DNA of 64,000 bases from a virus (IMGVR_UViG_3300012983_000001:96001-160000), one strand, 5' to 3'. Positions 31,401 to 39,068 are shown, numbered from the stretch's first letter. The notes: generated by a model not told the origin, from the letters alone. Program-made: numbers and translations.

Positions 31401-31815
31401 TACGTGTACCAATCGCAAGCTCAGTTATACCAAACTGAGCTGCGTCTGTACCAGGTTTAGTAATATTACCAAATGTTTCTAAGTCGAAACCTAATGCACG
31501 TCCGCCATTTTGACGAATCTGTGCAAATTTTTGCCATTCATCCATTGCATCAAGGGTTTGCAAAACAGCCTTGTTGTCCCTGGAATCAAGCATTCTAAAT
31601 AAACCATCTAGTGGGAAAGAAGAAGGTTGTTTAGAATGGTTCCATATTTGATTAAAGTTTGCTTCAAGACGTTCAGTACGGGCATTCCAGAAATCATCGT
31701 ATGTACCATTACCTTGTTCTACCCATTCGTTCGAAGTAAGACCATTAATTTTAAATACATTGTTTTGTCTTGCCCATATATCATGTAATCTAAAATTAAA
31801 TCCATAGACGTCCAT
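22411..31815 (-). CDS. Giant protein at the tape-measure locus: N-terminal DEDDh exonuclease plus single-chain two-barrel RNA polymerase (putative virion RNAP), 3134 aa
   Basis: GFDLETFG (D111/E113), GANSQFD (D275), HRGDAD (H349/D354); LHEGKIF (E1348); TKIMINGAEKGTV (K1448/K1456); TRYPTF (R2131); NVDFDGD (D2168/D2170/D2172); C-terminal hydrophobic IGIAVASMAALGVA. Confidence 0.8.
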   Translation of the reverse strand: MDVYGFNFRLHDIWARQNNVFKINGLTSNEWVEQGNGTYDDFWNARTERLEANFNQIWNHSKQPSSFPLDGLFRMLDSRDNKAVLQTLDAMDEWQKFAQIRQNGGRALGFDLETFGNITKPGTDAAQFGITELAIGTRIYDNSGNVTRTGRSYIFGINDAQRDYLLSLVDKFEKVGWDGLNERDNAEQTTLKRISMYSGRDAIRNEVVDGRTFKVAGELSAETRTATAFRAGIKNLHNAYQVAKPNELLPMLIGEITDAIHDDNAVLFGANSQFDIDALVNTAKVLGVDASEIASVRGSILDVIYSARALAASNSQSVNSYFENTYGTRAGASVDEQLRVTRINASQIHRGDADVDNEGRLLDIRMQEVLDGTKQLQDFADSYKSQSTIDDSIFLIHRGSLQHKHAQDMAIIDGSPVPNYSFTNEYWTIDKEHSHYVELDGETKYVLTLDNLVDDGTTKVSLVYGSETEALETLVHNSSIFTSAQVTSGDAIKQQAFHYRDFGRREFSKLIDPVNVGLDGKDNIYGFETLQQYLKFMDDLDSLPAEERFDIKPTSESARELMRYVETHYNAENPSPVPIRSHYQAQAFVGMYDKLQNERPLLRQIVETVQATHGNANNMDKTIDVQRAYTQAMAYLDNKYERYSAKESYAVMSDALGIDVEMPDGSIRRINGYSANTITYDINRIFQGLDISEAQTILTDLNKRGILDEEAFQRAYQQMTSLPADELYSISQDLGYAISGYMDKYTSATQSIDNVFAASGKRKNMHLLGVDLESDAIIQYKKPRGKKTLKLSEVYEASKTDMQDIIRDAIAERPETFYVSSRYANREAFENHMNTIASKLNIAPNSDEAKLLIELFNKTTSNGEPTSYAINNYLDQGLRAFIAQPEDGNAYLFMTREQDMNRFYTALMDGKFDFTNRYTLLDPEQYHSAVVGAESISDYASFIEIPKINEYQLSEGTLRTITQGHTGSMEKIIIPELQVRDFSDGTLAAYYNSGEYGFLSTIRMANGHAIEHTLHGEYRAATDAVRRAQNRYLDDLSASASYRGYITEVDGKKVVRRIAEFTPSDFIQAYEAKVSEGLYSIFKAAVAIDSADNLNTAQKVVEAFGKASGLAITEGRHATEYLMRVANNTEFKEFFMKRLFTGTVASDISLQGIISGPEFDKNIFDIITETVERDTTHTFHQSVGEALKKIQTKGINQVLSESASEKGIVSYVRPGDYNDAASLYSTLRPTYHQQNNSMWFSPSRFDMKKFIGFEEHALRVGTNVITEKEYKDKMALAASGYQPIDGEDYALRERSMIARVKQINDYDLIMRYQELEEDVAMAKQLGISESRYGKAVEYFEQEFMSLHEGKIFIAPGLNEQELFQAKDGKKIMFDKDIVDEARSKSMLARLAHDGTVVTRDTPIAITPDDTLIYYDGPDTVFTRENIDEFFDWGSSSVIPLHGDIADTKIMINGAEKGTVHSINMTKFMEYTGITDSQKALRVANSLFAKVSDGAVVMANLGLEKHGNIVSTHSLWNTITSQYTERGQGQALVNHLNRMITEANPAFRGINKFQFIDGHIISSSSDAHNFSYAIETLYDQIKNNTILSTSINESIVEEIEEMYATGTYNARIQRQSMNEHMGTRMVYDQRIEQGIRTRGMQMGGDGIDPIDNEWADTLRYYSEHYNAQGTGLAQNDQTDLQQYINVYGQQKNANRIHLLNGKSEIQRSAKGIVESLMYYYNPEKYGAEGKNIVNININDLIDESSRLKGGMTTKELRNSIFFVDGKPSDFLKKAARKSGVNLDNKSYSIFIDLNDVSFSVKDKFGYRDFKGVMIPIQTVFTGATDKTYFQSQQSTVSHFVNQLIDITTNPSRYTKQGGIKQALSAAYSSTMTSLSKQLGFLDKQGDVYKAFQQYIMPTSQELLAQDEASPLVKAMMTPELKALKKRKDRLERILKINPDNKAVIKELEDEVYAPLKKELSKISKRILEDDSYYSELMSLSSNDNLRKAAEVMIDGKKQYGLAVAISKEAFERQGISVGAVGLQAYSDWETGNYKFERIKEYHHKFAGRKTTIARKLNALNIEGLHIDSKKSITGQLNDFVARRYGQTPGGLDIKALNQAIINSEQGSILKVFDEEIGTMYLSEVGTFGEITRYPTFRSQAMTRVILDTTLTGTQVRGSSAVFSSLNNVDFDGDKQFLSILTDGMSIIRTDTKINGTQVFDTATEIYNRFAARESRSLLAELVNDIGLFGSDDPNASTRQYAAMLKKMKPKEYESAIMAWAKDNSIRVSSIDNLSDAQIFAAETSKQMHDTFVHMKFNTMTDEDSIIASIASRFRKKNIGSISTPNYTMRNALLTAMTDPKLALSQKQLLNDTYVSLSNMLSKAGGFFSETEQKSIDVKHADDGLRIAKTTRYSTGMSLLFGNSKHSPESNMKGIRNILEAVNSGLFKASDRELDDMARLVVNSTLEDFNRAIQSAKDAGQKTANLENLRTLRRLLDVQKEIPDFHKYYADRLLHGSLDESIYHTIEELNKQGLDKLSERYVGTGFYNVLDIFANSFSAPKDPYTVNDIYFDIGTLDRWQDKSYIYKGNNRFVEIDLSTGKEIGKPFSTKRTFESVLSHGVNIQDYMESISLQERTSSGLTKRKFEKTLNSVLLDDEGKVLTELPQSFKKIGETRNGLAKYGSAWQGVNQLLIGSKTAGRTTPVIYANINRLAQTYDYAVSKGFFDTRKDPSSAGELIKSINKQIADNPRSRDEERGFIFDEEYDTILRKELIQRFGSEENLERYASEAQLMDFFDKKTYQETLDFLKKNTYDIIEERRNIEGSFANVQVELDGLRHQGVSDDELKSLQDIVDNSMQRADEIITKLKAENQPVIKKTQQDIYALFQSEAQMDAFFGWKQPSDDSIVGFGDFIGKRFDSLVMTDIQEIQQAGIEAQKSIKTMSHTEAYALTNTLNALSNYRPVAQTSAHSGLKNTPLVNDLIAEHKKAIGAVHDALETRTPEQVQEAVKRAAERHVKKKTVSGQFWQSTKDAFGKMPKKTIGIAVASMAALGVANNLLHNDKAQSPLTPARNNNNNQPETRSPRPQQAPMSKKATVYHDRASGFNFNVSAKTQNYINDMNNAKLIGMSGGGNTSVYSQADTSGVTDNWLANKFAELM

Positions 31816-31833
31816 TCTAAATTCCCTCCTGTT

Positions 31834-34800
31834 TTATATATCTAATCCTGCTATCTGCTGTGATACATCATTACGAGCATCTCTTTGAATATACAAGGAT
31901 GTTTTAGTGCCATATGAAGACTGCATAAAACTTGTTTGTATATCGTTATAACCAGCCCTACCAAGAATCTGATTGAGTCTAATCTGTACTTGTCGAGGAT
32001 TATTGGTTGCATTTATCATAGGGATTGGGATGTTTACTGCATCAGCTTGTTCCTCATCGCTTTCCCAAATGTCAAACTCACCAGGGTCAAGATTATTTTG
32101 ATGTACTAATTTTACTTTAACGTCTTCAATATTAGTAGCTTCATTCCATCCTATCCATGAAGCATCTGGTAATCCGTGCGTCTGGAAGTATTCCTGTAAG
32201 CTAGGTTTTTTATCTACTGGCATTCCCCATGCAGACTGTAAAGCTCTTCGTAAATAACTAGGAGCAATACGTAATATCTTTTGTTTCTCTTCCTCAGGAG
32301 CATCCATAAAGTGCTTAAAATACTGTCGTTCTTTCTTTGGAAGAGCACTCATGATATTTACTAAGGAGTCACCAGGTTCATAACCATACATGGTTTTGTC
32401 CGCTGCTTGTTTATATTCAATGGCACGCATAGCATTTAATGGAAGTTTTGTTACTTTACGTTGGCTTTGTAACTCACTAAGCTCTTGATTGATTGCTCGA
32501 ATTGTTTCTTGCTTGGTCATTGATTGCTCAACATACTTTGGTTCTCCATACTTAAAATTATACCTGTCTCTATGTTTGAAATCAAGCTTAACTTTTCGTT
32601 TGAAATCAATAAGTTCCCGTTGCCTTAATGAATTAGTTACACCTTGAGCTTCATGAGATTTCATAAAACGTTCTACATCAAAGTTATTTTCCCTTTTAGC
32701 TTTGGTTTTATATTGCTCATATAGACGCATATTTTTTACGTACTTTAATACATCTACATATTCATTGAGCTTTTCTTGCTCACGTCTACGTTTTGGACGC
32801 CAATCTCGTTCTTTATCAGAGCCAGCGGCAAAGGCAATCTTTCCAATAGCTGGAAGACTTGCACCTACTGTAGCACCTACAATTTTACCAAATGCAGTTT
32901 TGCCAAATAAACTTCCGATAAAACCTCCCATAAGAATACCGCCAAGTCCAAGAAATCTATTGTTTGCGATATTTTCTTCAACGTGTGGAATTAACATGTC
33001 TCTTACTGGATTATTCCATGACTGAAAATCTTTGCCGTATACTTCACGTTTACGATATTGCTCATATGGCGAACGCACTTGCATAAATTTACTACCAATG
33101 AACGGGATGCTACCAACAATATCATGAGTTACAGTTTCCATAGCAGAACCAAATGCAATCTCTCCTTGTGAATATCTGGCACGTATGCCCGCTGGAGAAT
33201 TATCGTCTTCTTTTTCTTTTGCATGACCTTGCTCTAATAATACTCTATTAACATTCTTTCCTTTAGAATGAACAACAGCACGAATAGACCGCGTGGAATC
33301 TTTAGAATATTTATTGCGCTCATCTGCATCATAAGAAATACGAATTTTAGCACCAGGTTTTACATAACTACGTATTGCTTGACGAGCTGCTTCATTCTTG
33401 GTACGTTTATCATCATACATTTCGCTTTCTGATGCAGATACGTTAATTCCAGCAAATTTAATTGCGTGACGTTTACCGTATTCTTTAGTAATAATTGTAT
33501 TGTTGTCGATAATTTTTGCAACAGTAACAGTTTCGGATTTAAGATTTGACGTTTTGAACTTATACGGATACACACGTAATGGTTCTTTCTGTTGAGTAAC
33601 TCTATCTCGAATCTGTGATACTTCTTCTTGCTCTTCGGTAGATAGCTTTTCCATACTTAACTGTGCAGAAACATCTCTGAATTCTTGTGAATACGGAGCA
33701 ACATCAGCAAGAATTCTAAATCTATCTAATGTACTATATAACTCACCACGACCAAGTTTGCCAGTTTCAATAGCATCTCTGATAGTCTGACGAGCACCAT
33801 ATACATTATTCAAAGTAGTTTCTAATTCTTTCTGACTGTAATCAAAACCAACAGTATACGTATTCATTGGGTTTTCTTTATCTACATAATGAATGTATCC
33901 TTTTGGTGTTCCTGTTGCCCACAAGTAGTAATTTGTTTGACGCATGTGATGTGTCAAAGGCTTTTCTGCCTTACGTATTTCTTCAAGCTTTTTAGCTGAT
34001 GTAGATTTAATATCTACGATTGCTGTTCCAGTTGGAGATGTAACGTCATGTACTTTAGCATCGTACCAGCCAACAATGCCATTACGTTTATCTTCTATTT
34101 TGCCTTCTACATCAATAGCAAGTCCTGACTGTAACCATGATTGCTGAATTTCTTTATGAATACGATTACCAGTATCAAGTGTTTCTTGCTCAAAAGCACT
34201 TTTATATTTATCGGCTTTAAGCATGTGCTTGATAATGTAATCTTGTTCATATCCGATAGAAGAAGAGCCAATATTAAAATCCATTAAGCCTTTGATACCA
34301 TGTAATCTTTCGTATCCCTCACCAGGTAATCTTTCTTCACCATTATCTATTTTAGAGTAAGGGTCGCCGTGCTTAAAATCTGTAAAGTAATTGGAACCAG
34401 GCATCCATGAAGGCATGGTATTTCTAATTGGATTGATGTATTCGACATTATTATTTCGTTTAGGAACAAAACGACGTGTAATTTCAGATAATCCTCCGCC
34501 TAAACCACCAAGATTAGCTTCCCAGAAATCATTATTGACACTGTATGCATACCCTGAATTTTCAATTACTCTTGCATTTTGATTAGCTTCGCCTGTAATA
34601 AAATTTTGCACTGCAAAACCTTTAAGACCTGCAATGTCAGCCAGCCAGTTGTATTGCTCGCCCATGCCATATACAAACGCATTATCAATAGATGGATTGT
34701 CATTACCAACAGGAATACCAGGTCCCATAAAATCATTGATTTCTACTTGCTGATTGGTGCCAAGAATTTTATTGATACTGTACATTTGTAAGTCTTGGTT

Positions 34801-37800
34801 AACATTATATAAGTTCATTTCGTCAGGAACGTCAACTACATTCAATGCACCAGAAGGAGTAGAGTACACTTCATAAGGATTATCGTATCTATCATAGGTG
34901 CGCACTGGCAATATACTTCTTTGTTGAAAAGTAATACCTGCTTTGTCTATAAAGGATTTTGATGTAATCTGCTTAGCATGATAAGCAGATGTTGTTAATG
35001 CATTCTGGTATATTGCATTGGAAACCGCTGTCTTTTGTTGCATTGTATTAAACGTATTGATATCCAATGCAGAATTATCCATACGTCCCGTAGTTAATAA
35101 TGGACTTGGTAACTCATCTAATGGATTGATTTGTAATCCGTTATTCCAGTATTCATGATGCATTCTTCTTGGCGGACTAATCACAGTACCAATAGTAGAG
35201 CTAAATGCTGGACCAATAATTGGTATATTTTGTCCTACAGGAGCAGTCTGTAAATACGGCCTATCGTGATAATGTTTCTTATCATAATGATTACGGTCAA
35301 AGATAAAATAGTTTAACGGAGCCAACGGATTTACAGGATTAGGATACCATGTATTATTGTAATACTCTTGACGAGAGCCCCATTTGGAATCACTGAATTC
35401 TACATCTGCCTCTACACGACGATAAATATTTGGCCTGAAATACATGATTTTACCACCAGTCCATGGTGTATTACCAGAGCCCCAATATCGTCCCTTACGT
35501 ACAGGGTCATATCCATTTTCAATGTATTCTCGTCGCTCTTCTGCTGTTTGAGTCAAACCAAGTCCGTAATCATGGATACCTAATTGGTCTGCGCCAGGTA
35601 CCATTTCTCCAAGAAACTTAAAGACATCAGTAGCCCCCACTAAGTCCATGGCATTATGAGCACCAACATCTATTGGCCTTACAACATTACGCATGAGATA
35701 TTTACTAATATTGTCACGATTACCTGTTTCGTCTCCACCACCAAAAAACGGTTCTGATAAATAGTTAATAACACCAGGTATCTGTGTTAATGCAAATACA
35801 GGTAATGCTCTTTTAAGAAGCAAATTACCAGCTAATGCCATTGATGAGTTTTTGCTATCTATGCTAAGACCTAATAACTTTGAAGCACCACCTAAACCTT
35901 CTGATAACTGATTAAATACTGTCCACAATATACCAGACCGTTCGGTAAAAAATTCGCTCATAACATCGTCGCCATCTGGAACTTTAGTACGTCCTGCAAC
36001 AAATTGCCTTACAAACCCTTGCAGCTCATACAGTGCATCTTCTGTATTGTTACTCTTAAAAGAGTTATATGCATTTCTTAATTTAAAGCCCTCTTTAGTT
36101 GTGGTATACATTCTAGGGATTTTACCATTATCCATGGTCCCTGCAAAGCCAGTACCAAATGCGCTTTTATACGTACCAGGTTCAATAGCTCTTATCATTT
36201 CTTCCATGTCATTATATTCGAAACCTGTTGTTTGAAATAATGGCCTGTCTGTTATCCATGAGATTGCTCTGTCTGTGATATTGTCTATACTTGTTGCTGT
36301 ATCAAGCGTTTGTCTCGCATCACTAGCTTCTGGATGAAATTCTTGATATCCCATATCAAGCATGTTACCAATACGATGTTTAGCTTTTTGAAACGTAGAC
36401 AATTCGCCGTAACCGTGTTCACGTAAATACTCAACGTATTCTTCAGTTGTTTGTTTGACAGGCTCACCCATACTTAATCCTGCCATTTGTCTTGACGCAT
36501 TTGTTAATGGAGTCAAGCCATAGTGTTCGTCAGCATAAGTAATGTCATGTAATTTCAAACCAGATGCGATTTCTTGTAGCTTACCTTCTCCATCTGTTAC
36601 AAAAGCATTGCCATTGATAACTGCTACTGATTTATCTTGAAACTCTTCACCAAAAGTTTCGGCCAACCAATCACCGATTCTTTTCTGACCGCCAATTCTT
36701 GTAATGTTTGGGTCATATTGACCACTACTAATTAAGCCCATGAGAGGCTTAACTCTACCTGCTTTATCAAATCCTAAAAGTGTTTTAAATGGATTGAATT
36801 GCACTAGTGGCAACTTAAAATCATTTGCTAAAGAATGTTGGAAGCCAACAATATTCTCTTTAGTCATTCTGTAGTCAAGTATACGACCAGCTTCGTCAAT
36901 ACGCATGTCGTTATCTATGATAATATTTCTCCAGTCTTGTTGCCATGCACTAGCATTTCTTGGTCCATATCCATGGAAACCTTCATTAAAGAAATCGGTA
37001 ACTTCGTTCAATAATGCATCATATTTATTATCTACAATGTCGCTTCTGCGCACAAGACGCCGTATACCATCCTGTTGAACAACATCTGCAACATCGCCTA
37101 ATGTCAAACGTTTATATCCAGATTCACGCAATTCTTGTACTACTTGACGTTCGGAAAGAGTCATAAAGCGCATAAATTCCTCCATGGCTTTATGGGTATA
37201 AACAACTCTATCACTGCTTGCAAATTTCTCTAAATGCTTCTCTAAATTAGCCATTTCTTGCATACGATAATGCAGTTCAGTATTACGGGTGTTCTGTCGT
37301 ATTTTTTGCAGACCAGCCTGGTTTTCTTGTATCATACGATGCAACAGTTGCATATCTTGCACTGTGCCATTCATGAGCTCTCTAACGTTGTGGAAGTTCG
37401 TTAAACGAGCACTTGACATGCTCATTGCATCTTGATAGATATCATAAAATAAACTAGTGTCTCTCTGTCTAAATAAACTTAGAGCAGGCGCATTATGTCT
37501 CTGTACCTTAGAACGATTTAGCTGTTCTGGTGTTAAGTGCTTTAATTGTGACCATTGCTTAATTGTAGACATAGCGACAGCTGCTCTATCTGTACCTTCG
37601 CGTGCGACAGTATCAGCAAGCTCTAAGAGTGGTTTCATAATTGGTTTTAGAATACCACTCTTATATAAACCATATCCACCTAAGGCCGCCAAACCAAGAC
37701 CTATTGTATTATACAAAACACCATTATCACTAGTGTCTTGATAATCCTGATAAGTCTGATTAGTCTCTCCTATTGTTCTTTGCTCTAATCTGTTGTCTAA

Positions 37801-37806
37801 TGACAC
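31834..37806 (-). CDS. Giant tape-measure-like/ejected protein with PD-(D/E)XK nuclease and SNase-like domains (1990 aa)
   Basis: GTG start with GAGGTGG RBS; directly follows the tail chaperones. GNRIHKEIQ...E...GWYDA...IVDIKST...QTNYY; VAKIIDNNT...FAGIN...NVNRVLLEQGHA; N- and C-terminal Gly-rich hydrophobic segments. Confidence 0.75.
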   Translation of the reverse strand: MSLDNRLEQRTIGETNQTYQDYQDTSDNGVLYNTIGLGLAALGGYGLYKSGILKPIMKPLLELADTVAREGTDRAAVAMSTIKQWSQLKHLTPEQLNRSKVQRHNAPALSLFRQRDTSLFYDIYQDAMSMSSARLTNFHNVRELMNGTVQDMQLLHRMIQENQAGLQKIRQNTRNTELHYRMQEMANLEKHLEKFASSDRVVYTHKAMEEFMRFMTLSERQVVQELRESGYKRLTLGDVADVVQQDGIRRLVRRSDIVDNKYDALLNEVTDFFNEGFHGYGPRNASAWQQDWRNIIIDNDMRIDEAGRILDYRMTKENIVGFQHSLANDFKLPLVQFNPFKTLLGFDKAGRVKPLMGLISSGQYDPNITRIGGQKRIGDWLAETFGEEFQDKSVAVINGNAFVTDGEGKLQEIASGLKLHDITYADEHYGLTPLTNASRQMAGLSMGEPVKQTTEEYVEYLREHGYGELSTFQKAKHRIGNMLDMGYQEFHPEASDARQTLDTATSIDNITDRAISWITDRPLFQTTGFEYNDMEEMIRAIEPGTYKSAFGTGFAGTMDNGKIPRMYTTTKEGFKLRNAYNSFKSNNTEDALYELQGFVRQFVAGRTKVPDGDDVMSEFFTERSGILWTVFNQLSEGLGGASKLLGLSIDSKNSSMALAGNLLLKRALPVFALTQIPGVINYLSEPFFGGGDETGNRDNISKYLMRNVVRPIDVGAHNAMDLVGATDVFKFLGEMVPGADQLGIHDYGLGLTQTAEERREYIENGYDPVRKGRYWGSGNTPWTGGKIMYFRPNIYRRVEADVEFSDSKWGSRQEYYNNTWYPNPVNPLAPLNYFIFDRNHYDKKHYHDRPYLQTAPVGQNIPIIGPAFSSTIGTVISPPRRMHHEYWNNGLQINPLDELPSPLLTTGRMDNSALDINTFNTMQQKTAVSNAIYQNALTTSAYHAKQITSKSFIDKAGITFQQRSILPVRTYDRYDNPYEVYSTPSGALNVVDVPDEMNLYNVNQDLQMYSINKILGTNQQVEINDFMGPGIPVGNDNPSIDNAFVYGMGEQYNWLADIAGLKGFAVQNFITGEANQNARVIENSGYAYSVNNDFWEANLGGLGGGLSEITRRFVPKRNNNVEYINPIRNTMPSWMPGSNYFTDFKHGDPYSKIDNGEERLPGEGYERLHGIKGLMDFNIGSSSIGYEQDYIIKHMLKADKYKSAFEQETLDTGNRIHKEIQQSWLQSGLAIDVEGKIEDKRNGIVGWYDAKVHDVTSPTGTAIVDIKSTSAKKLEEIRKAEKPLTHHMRQTNYYLWATGTPKGYIHYVDKENPMNTYTVGFDYSQKELETTLNNVYGARQTIRDAIETGKLGRGELYSTLDRFRILADVAPYSQEFRDVSAQLSMEKLSTEEQEEVSQIRDRVTQQKEPLRVYPYKFKTSNLKSETVTVAKIIDNNTIITKEYGKRHAIKFAGINVSASESEMYDDKRTKNEAARQAIRSYVKPGAKIRISYDADERNKYSKDSTRSIRAVVHSKGKNVNRVLLEQGHAKEKEDDNSPAGIRARYSQGEIAFGSAMETVTHDIVGSIPFIGSKFMQVRSPYEQYRKREVYGKDFQSWNNPVRDMLIPHVEENIANNRFLGLGGILMGGFIGSLFGKTAFGKIVGATVGASLPAIGKIAFAAGSDKERDWRPKRRREQEKLNEYVDVLKYVKNMRLYEQYKTKAKRENNFDVERFMKSHEAQGVTNSLRQRELIDFKRKVKLDFKHRDRYNFKYGEPKYVEQSMTKQETIRAINQELSELQSQRKVTKLPLNAMRAIEYKQAADKTMYGYEPGDSLVNIMSALPKKERQYFKHFMDAPEEEKQKILRIAPSYLRRALQSAWGMPVDKKPSLQEYFQTHGLPDASWIGWNEATNIEDVKVKLVHQNNLDPGEFDIWESDEEQADAVNIPIPMINATNNPRQVQIRLNQILGRAGYNDIQTSFMQSSYGTKTSLYIQRDARNDVSQQIAGLDI

Positions 37807-38488
37807 TTAATACCACCTCATCTTTCCAGTGTGTTCCACCAATCAACGGGAAGTCTAATACTTCTTTTTTGAAGAGCTGTTGTAGTTCATCTGAGAAGTA
37901 ATACATTGGGTCAATGCCATTGTTCTGTAATTCTTTAATAAATTCTTGATTTTCAGAATGGATTTGTTCCATTTCTTGCATATACTCTTCAGTCTGGTCC
38001 TGAATATGCCAGTCAAAGCCTTTTAACTCAGCAACCTTTTCTGCTCGTACAGTCATGTGCATAAGCTTGCTCCATGTCCACTCTTCCATTTCTTCGTAAG
38101 TGTATTCTGGTATAAATGCTTTAATCAAATCCATGCATTGAATTTCAAGATTCGTATATTCTTTCATCTGCCTGTATTCTGCAAGTACATCTTGAATATT
38201 TTTAAGGCCAGAAGTAGTTTCTATGACATCAGCTATGTATTCATTCAAACCAGCAAAACCACTAGTTTCGAATTCATAGTCTTCTGGATAGACACAACAT
38301 GTATTACAGATTGCGTCTTCAATATCCATTTGTGATGCGCAACTTTTAAGTATATATTTATACTCTTTGCGCGTTAACGTTCTAAATACAAAGTCCGTAT
38401 CTAAAAAGCGGACATAAATAATCTTATGTCCGCTGTAAAGGTCTTTGTAGTAATTTAGTAATGCAACATCTACTTTATTATCAGCCAT
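37760..38488 (-). CDS. Tail assembly chaperone-like protein B (242 aa)
   Basis: FVFRTLTRKEYK...ICNTCCVYP..Y.F....G....ADVI...SG; paralogue of 38501-39052; lies between the tube genes and the giant proteins. Confidence 0.65.
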   Translation of the reverse strand: MADNKVDVALLNYYKDLYSGHKIIYVRFLDTDFVFRTLTRKEYKYILKSCASQMDIEDAICNTCCVYPEDYEFETSGFAGLNEYIADVIETTSGLKNIQDVLAEYRQMKEYTNLEIQCMDLIKAFIPEYTYEEMEEWTWSKLMHMTVRAEKVAELKGFDWHIQDQTEEYMQEMEQIHSENQEFIKELQNNGIDPMYYFSDELQQLFKKEVLDFPLIGGTHWKDEVVLSVIRQQIRAKNNRRD

Positions 38489-38500
38489 GACAAGTTCCTC

Positions 38501-39052
38501 CTAAAGCACCTCTATGCCATATTCTTTTGTAAAGCCTGAGTTTTCCATGATGATTTGTGCCAGAGTACTAGGATAGCCACTATCTTCTGCTGCCATCTTC
38601 TTGAAATCGTAATTGTATGGCCACAATACACATGTATGACAGATAATTTCTTCTCGGTATAAAGCATCAATGTTTTCAATGGCGACGATTTGTTTGTACT
38701 CAAATCTGTTTAATGTTCTAAAAACAAAATGTCTATCTAAAATCTGAGTATGGAAGACTTTTTCTTTGGTGTATTGTTTCTTCCATAAGTCTACCTGGGA
38801 AATACCAGGGCCTCCTTCAAACAGTGGCGTATCATTTGGGTCAATGAAATATGTTTCTTCTGGCTCAGGCTCATGCTGTATTGCATACTCCTGTGTTTGT
38901 GCTTGAGGTTCATAAGAAACTTCAGGATAATCATTGTCCATCTCTGCTCTCATTTCTGCGTAAATGTCCTCCGTTTGACCTGCCTGTTTCTGTTGAGTTT
39001 CTAACTTTAGTTTTGCTGCGTTCATTAAATCGTTAATGTTGTGGTCTTCCAT
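38501..39052 (-). CDS. Tail assembly chaperone-like protein A (183 aa)
   Basis: VDLWKKQY...FVFRTLNRFEYKQI...ICHTCVLWP..YDF....GYPSTLAQIIMENSGF; acidic N-terminus. Confidence 0.65.
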   Translation of the reverse strand: MEDHNINDLMNAAKLKLETQQKQAGQTEDIYAEMRAEMDNDYPEVSYEPQAQTQEYAIQHEPEPEETYFIDPNDTPLFEGGPGISQVDLWKKQYTKEKVFHTQILDRHFVFRTLNRFEYKQIVAIENIDALYREEIICHTCVLWPYNYDFKKMAAEDSGYPSTLAQIIMENSGFTKEYGIEVL

Positions 39053-39068
39053 GGTATTTCCCTCCTGG

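Noticed and set aside
33770-34190. Cas4 / CRISPR-associated locus
   Set aside because: The nuclease lacks the Cas4 Fe-S cysteines and is embedded in a giant protein; no repeat-spacer array or other cas gene was seen.
22411-37806. Inteins or introns in the giant genes
   Set aside because: No C...HN-(C/S/T) splice junctions or LAGLIDADG/HNH motifs were noticed, and the reading frames are uninterrupted.
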